Source: Octopus vulgaris (taxonomy: Eukaryota). Taken from it: a DNA stretch of 64,000 nucleotides. This document shows, piece by piece, positions 28,757-41,105 of the stretch. Numbering within the stretch: the first letter of the stretch is position 1; each line of letters opens with the position of its first letter. The position numbers were made by a program, and so were the translations under genes. The notes beneath the pieces are model-generated. The model searched no databases and was not told the origin of the DNA. It was given only the letters and a program-made list of their open reading frames with translations. Location: positions 43,090,001 through 43,154,000 of the forward strand of contig OX597833.1 of assembly GCA_951406725.2 (NCBI GenBank), read 5' to 3'.

Positions 28757-29492
28757 GATTGGCTGCGGGATGATATGGTTTTATGGGAAAATATAATAAA
28801 AACAAAGGAAAAGGATTAAGTTAGATCAATAACTTAATTAATGAGTATAAGTGATATAGGCAAGAATGATGAAAAGGATTTAATGTATTGAGTATTGTAA
28901 ATTTACGCTCACAAGCGTATATATATATATTTGCGTGTGTGTGTGTGTGTGTATATACACACACAAACATACAATGGCATTTACGCATTATTTTATGCGT
29001 GTATAGAGAAAGATAATTTTTTATGAATATATACAAGCATACGCGCGCGCGCACACACACACACATACACACACACACGCATATGTAGGGAAGTATGTAT
29101 GTATTTAGCTTTGTCTATAACTTGTTTCAGTCACTGGATAGCGTCCATGTCGGGACAGTACTTATATCTAAAATTTCATAGGTTTATTTTGCCGAACTTC
29201 TACGTCATGGCAACGTAATCAAAGCAATCCTTTGTCTCTCTGTCTGTTCCCAAAGCATTCTCAAACGGCTCAACCGATTCAAATCAAATATTTCGTGGTA
29301 ATACGATGAGAACCCGTGAGTGTCAACATATAATTTTGGGGGATTAAACAATGCAGCATGGGTACTGGTTCAATATTATGTCTCCAAACTCGAAGAAGAA
29401 AAGTGAAACCTTCGATGGAGTAAATTATAAATAGTTTCACTTTTATATTGTTTCACTTTTATATTGTTTCACTTTTAATAGTTTCACTATGT

Positions 29493-29525
<33 letters not shown>

Positions 29526-29683
29526 CATACAGACATATATATGTGTATATATATATTGAGGTGGTTGTGTTGTGGGCTAAAAATAACAGCTAAATAAGAT
29601 TTCAATCTGTATAAGATCTCCTCCGTGGTAGGTACTCATTGCCAGGTATGACAGCAGTTTAACTTCTCCTACAATATATAGAA

Positions 29684-30812
29684 TCTTATCGGTTTGGCTG
29701 GCAGTACCAATTCTGTTCGAACTGATTTCATATTCAGTATAATGAAACACCTTTATAGGCTAACAGATAACGTGAAAGTAATTTTCGCTATAAATCAATA
29801 AATAAAGAGTTATTAACAATTAAAATTTGAAAATTTTGTTAATTTTAGCCAATCGTAAAGCTACAGACACATTCATGCCTGTTTCGATAGTAAGAAGCGG
29901 AACATGAGAACTCATTTGTCACCAACGTGCCTTTTGCTACAGTAACAAGCGAGCCCCAGCTGTTTGAAGTGTATTTTATCTGCAAAGAAGCACGTGTTGA
30001 CAAATTTGATGCTCTGTCCTCTGTTCTGTGTGATTATGGCAGCAAATTCTAGTAATTTCGCTTCTATTATGAAAACATTGAAAACGAAGGGGGATATTTT
30101 TAAAATTAAAACCGAAAGTTAAATTTTTGTTCTTAAAACATATTTTGTTCACTCTTATTTTCATATATCTCATATAAACATGTACATCTTTTGGAACATT
30201 GTTATTTTATAAGATTTTGCTGGTAAATTTTAAAATTGACAAACATTTATTTACATGAAAGAAAATTCCCAGAGAACTTTCATCTAATCCTTCCAAATCT
30301 TTCTTTTAAAAATTGTAACGTGCTCATCGCATGTAACGTGTTGTTTATCGCATCTGCATTAAATGCATATTGAATGCTTAAATGTTTCTTTACTCGTTTC
30401 TTTTTATCATTGAGCATTGAGGTGGTTGTGTTGTCGGCTAAAAATAACAGCTAAATAAGATTTTTGGGATAAATCTTTTTAATTAACAGAAACGTTTATT
30501 TATACGAAAAATAATTACCGGAGACATAACACGTGTTGTTTATAAATATTCACAGCAAATGCTATTTTCAGGACATTGACGACAAAATGTGCAGTCACGC
30601 ACAAAATGACAGCTTCCAAATCCTGTTTCCTGACTGGGTGAAAATGATGAAACTTTAAACTTCTATAGCATTTTCAAAATATTTTTCTGGAAAAAATGAA
30701 ATAGCTTCAGCAATTCAGTTTGGGCAAGTGTATTATTTTGCCAAATTTTATAATTTTCGATAAATTTTAATTTTTGAAATGCTGGTAGCCAAACCGATAA
30801 GATCCAACACTG
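29684..30812. mobile_element. Non-autonomous DNA transposon-like element
   Basis: Inverted ends ATCTTATCGGTTTGGCT (~29684) and AGCCAAACCGATAAGAT (~30787-30803). The right end finishes ...CACTG. Confidence 0.55.
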
Positions 30813-30822
30813 AATATATATA

Positions 30823-31050
30823 TTTCTTTACTACCCACAAGGGGATAAACATAGAGGGGACAAACAAGGACAGACATAGGTATTAAGTCGATTACATCGA
30901 CCCCAGTGCGTAACTGGTACTTAATTTATCCACCCCGAAAGGATGAAAGGCAAAGTCGACCTCGGCGGAATTTGAACTCACAACGTAACGACAGACGAAA
31001 TACCGCTAAGCATTTCACCCGGCGCGCTAACGTTTCTGCCAGCTCGCCGC
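30823..31050 (-). mobile_element. Family A SINE, full length
   Basis: Matches the family A head, core and tail. Confidence 0.9.
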
Positions 31051-31079
31051 TGACTATATAGAAAACTGTTGTACAGTGT

Positions 31080-31116
<37 letters not shown>

Positions 31117-31267
31117 TGTGTTTTTCTTTCGGAAGGAAACACCCGTTTGTTGGTACAACAATATCCTCCCCAGCTATCATACCCTGGATGTTCCGTTGGA
31201 TCATTGTGAGAAGAGGTGGAGAAAATGGACTAAGACGATGAATTCTTCTATGCAAAACTACATAGAC

Positions 31268-31617
31268 CCCCGGGTTCAGTCCCACTGCGTGGCACCTTGG
31301 GCAAGTGTCTTCTTCTATAGCCTCGACCGACCAAAGCCTTGTGAGTGGATTTGGAAGACGGAAACTGAAAGAAGCCCGTCGTATATATATATATATATGT
31401 ATGTGTGTGCTTGTGTGTCTGCGTTTGTCCTCCCAACATCGCTTGACAACCGATGCTGGTGTGTTTACGTCCCCGTAACTTAGCGGTTCGGCAAAAGAGA
31501 CGGATAGAATAAGTGCTAGGCTTCCAAAGAATAAGTCCTGGTGTCTATTTACTCGACTACAGGCGGTGCTCCAGCATGGCCACAGTCAAATGACTGAACA
31601 AGTAAAAGAGTAAAGAG
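31268..31617 (+). mobile_element. Family B SINE, 5'-truncated
   Basis: CCGGGTTCAGTCCCACTGCGTGGCACCTTGGGCAAG ... AGTAAAAGAG tail. Confidence 0.88.
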
Positions 31618-33056
31618 AAACATCTAGAACAAATAGGGAAAGCGTGGAACCAAGTCGTCCTTGACCGTCAGTAACTCCTTACACATACACCTAATAATGT
31701 GTGCGCGCGCAGACACAGGGGAGAGAAAAATGGAGTCATACATGTTTATACACACCATATGCCCATTTATACATGTGTGCTGGTGTACGTGTGGATCCCC
31801 ATATCGATAATAAATTATGAGAGAGCTAATGAGATGAAGGAAGAGCAATCGAGTGAAAAAGAGAGACAGACAGACAAACAGAGAATTGTAGAGGGAAGAG
31901 GGAGATTGAAAGATATGAGCTCTGAAGGAAACGCTGGGAAATAGATCGACCGAATATTTCAATGTATCGAGTTGAAACAGCCTCAAAGAAGCTTTCCAAA
32001 TCAATCATACTAACTGCCTACTTTTCCATGTTTCCGTCAGCGTTCATTTTATCTCACAGCCATGATACAAAGATGAAACATTTTATAGCCAGAGAAAATA
32101 CGTTGATGCTAATTTGCATATTGGTGTTAGTTTGGCAACTGATAATCGCTAATATAATATTAATATGGCGTCGGGTGAAAATTACTCTGACGATAACTGT
32201 TTGACTAAGCAGTCGATACTTGCCCTCAAAAACAACACAACACGCGCACGCACGCACACACACACACAAACACATACACACACATGCACACACACACACA
32301 AAGAAAGACTCGCATGCACGCAAACGCACAAACAAACAAATACACTGCCACAGACAAACAAGCACACACAAACACCCGCACATACATATGAAAAAATAAT
32401 AGAGTTTCTGACGATTCGATTTTAGTGATATATATTTTTCGTTTCCTTTTTCCATCTCTTATGGAAGTGGTGATGTTTAAAAGAATCAATGTATGACTGC
32501 CCGAATATTCCATTAGGGGAGAGAATATATTTTGTGGTGTCCTATGAAATATGTTTGGGAGCAAGTCTTGAAAATCTGAATCATTAAAAAAAAAAAAAAA
32601 AGGTCTGCTAAAGAGAGTTATATAAAAAGATAGTGAAGAAAAATGCTAAGTTATCAATGATAGTTTTGATACTCCACCAATTTCTGTTATGAACTGGGAC
32701 TCAAGCTTTTTATATGATTCAAAAGGGAAAAACACAAATACAAAAGACTAGCCGTGGTCGTTTTGGGTTTGCCCAGAGCAAAAGACAGTAAAAGCGTCTT
32801 TGATGAACCTGTGATTTAAGATGCAAACTGGGCTACGATGGCAAACGAAACAGGCGCAGGCATGGCTGTGTGGTACGAAGCTTGCTTCCCAACTACATGG
32901 TTCCAGATTCAGTCCCACTGCGTGGGATACATTGAACTGGTGGTGCATGAACATTTAATGTGGGTTTAGAGTCAAGTTTTGGCTGCTATATCTACCATGG
33001 TGGTATCTTTTAGATACCCTTAATTATAATGTGTGTGTATATATATATATATATAT

Positions 33057-33280
33057 GTGGAGGTGCAATGGCCTAGTGGTTAGGGCAGCGGACTCGCGGT
33101 CGCAGGATCGCGGTTTCGATTCCCAGACCGGGCGTTGTGAGTGTTTATTGAGCGAAAACACCTAAAAAGAAAGGCTTAGCCAGCGGGGTGGCGTCATTCT
33201 AAGGCTAAAACAATGCGAACGCATTGTGACCAGCGATGTGTAACAACATCTGATGGTCTGGTCGGTCACGTGATCACGTG
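33057..33280 (+). mobile_element. tRNA-derived SINE, family D
   Basis: A-box TGGCCTAGTGG, B-box GGTTTCGATTCC and a CACGTGAT tandem tail, set in (TA)n. Confidence 0.7.
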
Positions 33281-33469
33281 ATATATATATATATATATAT
33301 ATATCGAAATTGCGAGGATAATATGGTTCTTGACTGAAGATAGATAACTTCGAATGATCCGTCCTTGTTTTCTTTGTATCATCCATCTGGATGTTTTGTT
33401 GTCCCTTTTTGTATTACCTAGTTGTTCGGATGTTTTGCGTTCTTGTCCCATTTTGTATTATATATATAT

Positions 33470-33612
33470 CAAGGGAAAGTTTACGAAAATAAACAAAAGA
33501 CAAAGGCAGGTAGAGTACAAACAAACAAATGTATTAGTATAGCGCTCAGGAATAGAAAAAGTCTTTTACGTTTCGAGCCTACGCTCTTCGACAGAAAAAT
33601 ACACAGAAAATG
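33470..33612 (-). mobile_element. Solo Penelope pseudo-LTR fragment
   Basis: Homologous to the terminus (48470-48615) of the Penelope element at 48470-51080. Confidence 0.8.
33562..33599 (-). ncRNA. Minimal type I hammerhead-like motif, variant core CUGUCGA
   Basis: Minus strand: TTTTT-CTGTCGA-A-GAGC(GTAG)GCTC-GAA-ACGT-A-AAAGA. Confidence 0.55.
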
Positions 33613-33946
33613 AAATGAATGTAAAAATATAATATAATATATGAGAAAAATATGAAAAAAATAAAGTGAAAATGAAAGGGACAGTTTTTACGAACAGTTC
33701 AAAAGTTTGTAGACGTCGTGGTGTATTTCAAGGATTTCACATCAATAACAAAGTCACTTTGATCCATATATATATATACGACAGGCTTCTTTCAGTTTCC
33801 GTCCACTAAATTCGCTTTGGTCGGCCCGTGGCTGTAGTAGAAGGCACTCGCCCAAGTTGTAACGCAACAGCACTGAATCCAGAACCATGTGGTTCCAGTA
33901 GCAAATTTATTACCGCACAGCCACACTTGCGCCTGCAGCCTCGCCT

Positions 33947-33990
<44 letters not shown>

Positions 33991-34429
33991 CATATAACCA
34001 ACAATACATACGTCCAAACAATACATGCGTCCAAACATGGCTATATCTTACGCTAACACAAGCGAGAAATAAGGATATCAATGAAAAACCGGTGCTCTTT
34101 GATTGAATACAAACAGTTTATATACTCCACTTGGTCATTCTTGTGCTTATAATTGCCGTGAATTGGTGAACCGGCCAATTGGATGTCTGTGACGTTAGTG
34201 TTCGTAAACAACGATGTAAAATGATAAACTAGCATAAGCTTTAATATCGTAATATCATAACAGTACCTTAAGTTGCATATCTGAAAATTTAGAATATTAC
34301 AGATTAACTATCTTGGTCAGTAGGGATTATTTCCGGCGTTTGTTATTCGGCCTTGGTGCTATGTATGTATGTATGTATGTATGTATGTATGTATGTATGT
34401 ATGTATGTATGTATGTATGTATGTATTTA

Positions 34430-34980
34430 TGTCAGGTCACTTTCGAGTGCTACTGGTAACATGTAACCCAGTACAACGTGTTGCATGGTCGGATCGTCGG
34501 CGACTAAACTGGCAATCCCACCAAGCTTGCTTGGTGAGAAGGATGTTTATTGGACACCCTCCGGGATGAAAAACAAAACCCGTCAAAGGGCGGAGGAACT
34601 CTTGAGAGTCAAAGGCCATCCAATAAATGCCTTAAGGCTGTATTATGCGCGAGGACATAGAAATAATCGGACTGAATACCCGGTCACGCGGTTAAACCAT
34701 TAGGAGTGAAGGACTCCTAGCCTTTGTTAGGGCATCCTTCTAGGAGACGGTAACTCAAGAAACTGGGATAACTCCGACATAAAACCTGCGGCTCAGTGGT
34801 TACCGATGATGTTGACTTGTTCTTCTTTTCGGATTATGGCTGCTGTTGCTTAATGAGTGGGATTGACTCAGTGCACAGCCTTTCCTCACTTAAAAATAAT
34901 CTTCTTGCACAGGCATTACATGATAACAACATTGATTAAGCTTCGTGCAATGGCCATACTCGATAACGAGGGGGCAGCCA
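34430..34980 (+). mobile_element. Probable RTE-type LINE 5'UTR fragment
   Basis: GC-richer island between microsatellites. GGGCATCCTTCTAGGAGACGGTAACTC resembles the GGCAACCAGTCTAGGAGAAGGAAAACTC block of RTE 5'UTRs (from memory). Confidence 0.4.
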
Positions 34981-35159
34981 CCATGTATGGATGGATGGAT
35001 GGCTATATGTATGTATGTATGGATGGATGGATGAATGGATGGATGGATGGATGGATGGATAGATAGATGGATGGATTGTTGGATGGATAGATGAATGCAT
35101 GTATGTATGTGGGTATCTACATATATGTGCATTTATGTAGGATCCCTTCCTCTTTTTAA

Positions 35160-36530
35160 TTTAGAATAGGATTTTGACCAACCACCTACTTGATAGCAAT
35201 GTTGTGAAGAATAACATCTGGTTTTGTTCATCATCTTTTAAGTCCTAAGAAGGCCTTGTAGATTTATGTTGTCTCAAATATCATGATCACGATCGTCTGT
35301 AGAGCATAAATAAAGATTTACGTTCTCTCCCCAAGAACATGATTAGCCATGATTTGCCCCAGACATGTTGTATGTATCCTGTTACTTAAGTAATAATAGT
35401 TATGATGTTGAACGTATATCTTGTGTACTGAATTTGCAAACTTCTTATCAATGATCCATAAATATCCTCTTTCCGTATTTCTGTCATCTCATTGGTGTCC
35501 AAACCTCAGCTGATTTCCACAACAGAAGATATATTTTCCTTGTGGTCCCACACAACAATATCTGGCCGGGTGTATTTTACCTTGGTGGTTGCTTTAATCT
35601 TTAAGCTCCATTAATATTCGTTCTAATATAGACAACTTCGACTGTAGGTGTTTTCCTTTTCGTTATCTGTTCCAGACTGTTCTGGCCACCACATTATGCC
35701 TTATTGGAATATGATATCGGGAAGACATTCTCCCGCAGTTTGCAATGATTTGGTTGATGCCTTCATTCTTGGTCCTGCACACCCTACATTTGTTGTCTGT
35801 CATTGTTTCCAGCCTTTTATGTTGTAGGTACTTGGTGAGGACCTTTTGTTCTTAAATAGCATGGAGGTAGCCTTCAACATGGGATATCATAAACGCGTCG
35901 CTACTCCATGTCAAAGGAACTGTTGTTGGTTTCTGTAACAACGCCCGAAGCAGACATGGAAGCGGAGCATTTTTGGACGAGCTCAGGACCACCGGCCTGA
36001 CATGGAAAGCAACCAAGAAACACGCCAATGATCCAATGATCGCAAAAAGTGGAAAACAACTGTTGAGGCCCAATGCTCCACAGGGGGAAAAAAAAGAAGA
36101 AGAAGAAGAAGAAGAAGAAGAAGAAGAAGAAGAAGAAGAAGAAGAAGAAGAAGAAGAAGAAGAAGAAGAAGAAGAAGAAGAAGAAGAAGAAGAAGAAGAA
36201 GAAGAAGAAGAAGAAGAAGAAGAAGAAGAAGAAGAAGAAGAAGAAGAAGAAGAAGAAGAAGAAGAAGAAGAAGAAGAAGAAGAAGAAGAAGAAGAAGAAG
36301 AAGAAGAAGAAGAAGAAGAAGAAGAAGACTCCATGTCAAGCTTTTGGTATGATCAATCCTTTTTGCGGTTAGTGTTTTCATGCCAAGTACCCATATACTA
36401 TCTTCTCAGCTGACTGGTTCATTTTCTAAATTTTGTTCACTCGATAAATAGATTTTACCAATGTCCCTTGGGGAAAGATCTGTATCAGCTCTTATTTCAT
36501 ACCCCTCCTCAAGTTCACTAGCTATCCTAA
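35160..36530 (-). mobile_element. Decayed R4/Dong-like LINE (CCHC plus RLE), interrupted by an RTE insertion
   Basis: Minus-strand DKCRVCRT..INQIIANC, RHNVVA and TRPDILV motifs. Confidence 0.7.
35915..36327 (+). mobile_element. 5'-truncated RTE insertion with a (GAA)~77 tail and a 12-bp TSD
   Basis: RPKQTWKRS..LTWKATKKHA..WKTTVEAQCSTG; ACTCCATGTCAA at 35903-35914 and 36328-36339. Confidence 0.85.
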
Positions 36531-37153
36531 TTATGTTGTGTCGTAATTATGTATGTATGTATGTATGTATGTATGTATGTCAATAAATTGTATACAAATA
36601 TTCTCTTCTCAGTGATTTTGGAAAAAATGTTCATATTTTTGGGCAACTGATCTCCATAATTAGCATGAAATCTATTTTAGCCCCAAATAACTATATCTAG
36701 TCGATTATTCTTGAACTTTACAGACGTTTTGATGTATATTCCTATGAACATGTTTCCATCTTCTATCGAAGATTTGCATGTTTGCATGTACATAACTAAT
36801 AATTCTTGAGTCGTTGCAGGTCACAGGAATTCTATGACGGTGGACCATTCCCCCTTAAGCGGAAACAGCAGTATAAAGATTATTTCGAGATTGTGAGCCA
36901 TAACTGACTTGTTTGAAGAAGCAAAGAAGATATCAGCATCAGTCGATTAAATTGATCCGCCTTAATAAAATGGTATATATTTTTTTATCGATCCCGGAAT
37001 GATAACATGCAAAGCTGCTCTCAACCAGATTTGAACGCGATGGCCTGAAACTAAATATCACACGTTTTAACATTATGCCAGTCCGGTATCCTATATACAC
37101 ATGCCGTAGATATGCATGCATGTGCAAATGTATAGCATACGTATATAGGTATA

Positions 37154-37892
37154 CCGTAAATCCTCGAGTATAATCCGCATTTTTTCCCAAAATTTAAAGG
37201 TCAAAATCCCTAGTGCGTATTATATACGAGGTTAACAATGAAAAATATTTTCTAAGCAATGTTTGAGTCTCTATTTGCTGTCCGGCAATGTTTATTCAGA
37301 CGCATTTTGTGGTGCCGGGCGCGAAAATACATTAAGCTAAGCCTGAAAGCAATGAAGTCATAAAAGAATCACCCACAACTTGCAGTAAACAACATTTATT
37401 AAAATAAAATTATTCAGAACACAGAATAACATGTAACAAAAACAATTTGTAAACATATTTATATTCCCATATAACAATTAAGAACATCACCATTATTGTA
37501 TTACGCATGCGCAGAAATGTTTGTTCGACTAAGTGCTGCTGGCTTAATTACGCATGACTCAAGTTAGGTAAGGGGTGCGTATTATACTCAATGTTTAGGT
37601 TTTTCAGAAGTACAGCCCCCTAAAACTCCTCTGCGTATTATACTCAAGGGCGGACTGAAGCTGGCAGAAACGTTAGCACGCCGGGCGAAATGTGTAGCCG
37701 TATTTCGTCTGCCGTTACGTTCTGTGTTCAAATTCCGTCGAGGTCGACTTTGCCTTTCAGCCTTTCGGGGTCGATAAATTAAGTACCAGTTACACACTGG
37801 GATTGACTTAATCCGTTTGTCTGTCCTTGTTTGTCCCCTCTGTGTCTAGCCCCTTGTGGGTAGTAAAGAAATATATACTCGAGGATTTACGG
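37154..37892. mobile_element. Tc2/pogo-like non-autonomous DNA element
   Basis: TA-CCGTAAATCCTCGAGTATA ... TATACTCGAGGATTTACGG-TA. Confidence 0.85.
37655..37873 (+). mobile_element. Family A SINE inserted into the right TIR of the Tc2-like element
   Basis: It splits GCGGA|TATACTCGAGG, the complement of the left TIR. Confidence 0.88.
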
Positions 37893-37904
37893 TACACATA
37901 CGTA

Positions 37905-38075
37905 TAGAGGAATCCCTCACCATATCGTAGTTCACCTATCGCGGTTTATTATTTAAGCTTAAATAAATACATACAAATTATAAAAATATACAGTACTGTT
38001 TCTACTTCGTAGATTTTCACTTATTGCGGGAGGGTAGGTTGGAACATAACACCCGCGATAGTCGAGGGATTACAG
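37905..38075. mobile_element. Tigger-like MITE
   Basis: Imperfect ends AATCCCTCACCATATCG / CGCGATAGTCGAGGGATTAC. Confidence 0.55.
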
Positions 38076-38407
38076 TGTACGTAATGGTATCTATGCGTAT
38101 TCTTCTATTCTTTTACTTGTTACATCCAGTGGGTTATACTGCCATCAATATTTACAAGAATAGAAACGGCACTATTGATGTCAACTCACTCACTGTACGT
38201 CAAGATGCATTTTTAGATGGTTAAAATCTATTTCTTTTCAGAATCATAGCGAAAAAGACAGAATGTGTGTATGCGTATGTGTGCTCGTGTGCATGTGTCT
38301 ATTTGCATTTATGTATGCGTATACGTGTATACGCATATATATATATGTATATATGTGTATACGTATATATGTAAGCATGCATGAACGTACGTATGTATAT
38401 ATATATT

Positions 38408-38620
38408 TTTTTATTGCCCACAAGGGGCTGAACATAGAGGGGATAAACAGATTAAGTCGATTACATCGACCCCAGTGCGTAGCTGGTACTTAATTTATCC
38501 ACCCCGAAAGGATGAAAGGCAAAGTCGACCTCGGCGGAATTTGAACTCAGAATGCAGCAGCGGACGAAATAACGCAAAGTATTTATCCCGACTTGCTAAC
38601 GTTTCCGCCAGCTCGCCGCC
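38408..38620 (-). mobile_element. Family A SINE
   Basis: Head, core and tail all match. Confidence 0.88.
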
Positions 38621-38649
38621 TTATATATATGTATGTATATATATTCATG

Positions 38650-38716
<67 letters not shown>

Positions 38717-39501
38717 CAGCTTCTATCTTTGTAACATTTATTTTTAAAATATCGTCCGAAGCAGTCACTCATTCCAACATGTTCACATGGACAACAGTTC
38801 TGTTAAGTGGGTTTGGAAATCGAAAGCTAAAGGAAAAATTACAAATATTAAACAGGTCATTATGGATCGAAAACTAACATTGAAAGTAGGTCAAAGTAAT
38901 GTATTTCGCTCCCGTTCTTAGAGAAAAAATTTTTTTACTGCTATCGGAACCTACCTCAAATTCTAAACAAAAGTAAGTTTGAATCAGTTTCAGACAGCTC
39001 AAATTTCCTTCTCATGAACTTTAAGGGAAACTCGCTTGGCGTATATGATGTGGTAAATACCACTTGACGTCACGTAGCATGTGACTGACTTATCTGTATT
39101 CCATTCCACCCAACGATGAGTACATTTACCCAGACAAGTTTGCTTATAATGAAATATTTAGATATGGGTTTGTAATCCTGCTTTCCTTATGTATATATAC
39201 ACACGTACATTCATACATACATGCATACATACATGCATGCGTACGTACATACATACATACATACATACATACATACATACATGCATGCATGCATGCATGC
39301 ATATATACATACATACATACATGCATGCATGCATACATACATACATACATACATACATACATACATACATGCATACATACATACATACATACATACATAC
39401 ATACATACATACATACATACATACATGCATACATGCATACAAACATACATACATGCATACATACAAACATATATACATACATACATACGTACGTACATAC
39501 A

Positions 39502-39537
<36 letters not shown>

Positions 39538-39956
39538 TAGATACCTACATACATACATACATACAAAGTAAATGTTAGTAAATGCTTGGGAAAAATACGG
39601 AAAGCTAGGGTTGTCAGAATAAGAAACCAACCAGCAAACGCACACATTACAAATACAATCTATAAGCAAAGCAGTAAAAGTATACAAGACTTTTGAAGTT
39701 CAAAGTGTGTAACCTACATTTCAATGACAAGGCTTTAAATCTTTGTCAGAGACCAGCTTCTTCCGTGCCTGAAGGCTTCAAATAATTACATACACGCACA
39801 CACATACATCACATACACACACACATACACACACATACCTGCACATACACACATACACACACACACACGCACGCATATACATAACAGATACATACATATC
39901 TATCAATGACTTGACTATTCCTCTATAATTTCAAAAGGAATACAGGTGCTAAGGAC

Positions 39957-40555
39957 TGACATTGATATTATTGTGATTTCTTATTTTCTTAAGAAATTTT
40001 TAGTTCATGTTTTTGTATGAAAGTTTGTGAATGAATCAACAGACATAAAAATCAAAAGGGAGGTAATTGGTGATAGTTATTCGGGACAGGAGAGGTCCCA
40101 AATTATAATTCCTCATGTTTTGGGTGGGATAACTAAACATAACAAAAACAAATGAGCTGAAATTTTGAAATGAAATATGTACAGTAATGGATATGTGATC
40201 CTGAATTAAAATATATACCGAGACCAAAGTTAGTTATGTGTCCATATTCAGGCGTATTCTGTATTTTTTTATAAATAAATTTTCTTTATCTAAACGTTCT
40301 TGTACAGAAATTGGTTCTTTGCACTGGTAGAAAGGGAAAACTGTAAAATTTGGTTGAAGACTCTCTGCACATCTCTCAATGCGTTCACTCAAAGGTATCT
40401 GTCTATACCTTGGAAAACGGATCTGTTCCTTATGCAGTGTGGTTCTCAGTCTAAGTGACATACTTGTCTGTCCTACATAGTTGTATCCACAACCCGAGCA
40501 AGTTATAACATAAATTAAATTCTCGGATGCACAAGTGAAGTTGGTCTTTATATAT
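39957..40555 (-). mobile_element. Penelope-like element 3' fragment (GIY-YIG)
   Basis: IKTNFTCASENLIYVITCSGCGYNYVGQT...ERLDKENLFIKKY..LN. Confidence 0.85.
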
Positions 40556-40579
40556 AACAACCACGAAACCAATAGTTAA

Positions 40580-40823
40580 AAAATGTGGACGTCCAAATTG
40601 TGGAACATGCTCCAACCCACTGGAAGGTTCAGAATTTCAATTCAAATAAAGAAAGACGTTCATAATTAAGACCAGCTTCACTTGTGAAGTTGTGAAATCC
40701 TAGAATTTAATTTATGTTATAACTTCAGGTTGTGGACTTGTTGATTTATTCACAAAACTTTCATATAAGTTCATGGACTAAAACCTTCTTAAGAAAATAC
40801 GAAATCACAATAATTTCAATGCC
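40580..40823 (+). mobile_element. Second, inverted and internally deleted copy of the same Penelope-like family
   Basis: KCGRPNCGTC linker and IKTSFTC; 40738-40823 is the reverse complement of 39957-40042. Confidence 0.75.
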
Positions 40824-41057
40824 ATGATGAGCGAAAACGAAACCGGTCAACAAAAACAATACTCTTTCATTTAAGATACATTAAAACTATGTAAACTCTA
40901 CATTATTTACATTATTTACATTCGACGGACATTTGTCCTCATCTTGTTTGTTGTTAACACAACTTGTGTTAACTTTTTGTTAACACAACTTGTTGATAAC
41001 ACAACGTTTGTTGTTAACACAATTTAAGAATGAGAACCCAGGTTCGAAATTTCCCCC

Positions 41058-41105
41058 AAGACACCTAAGGAAGGCTGGAAGGTATATCAGCCGAAACGTT
41101 GTATT
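41058..41105 (+). ncRNA. Degenerate minimal hammerhead motif inside a fold-back
   Basis: GACAC-CTAAGGA-A-GGCTG(loop)CAGCC-GAA-ACGT-T-GTATT. Confidence 0.5.

Noticed and set aside
33057-33135. tRNA-like sequence
   Set aside because: A and B boxes are present but there is no proper cloverleaf, and it continues into a SINE body.
33305-33355. GAAA...CTGAAGA as another hammerhead
   Set aside because: No convincing stems II and III in this copy.
34430-34560. Possible HDV-like ribozyme at an RTE 5' end
   Set aside because: I could not assemble the P1/P2/P3 nested pseudoknot by eye.
40945-41025. Short repeats (TTGTTAACACAA) that might suggest a CRISPR-like array
   Set aside because: There are no unique spacers and the context is eukaryotic. 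This is slippage within a retroelement fold-back.
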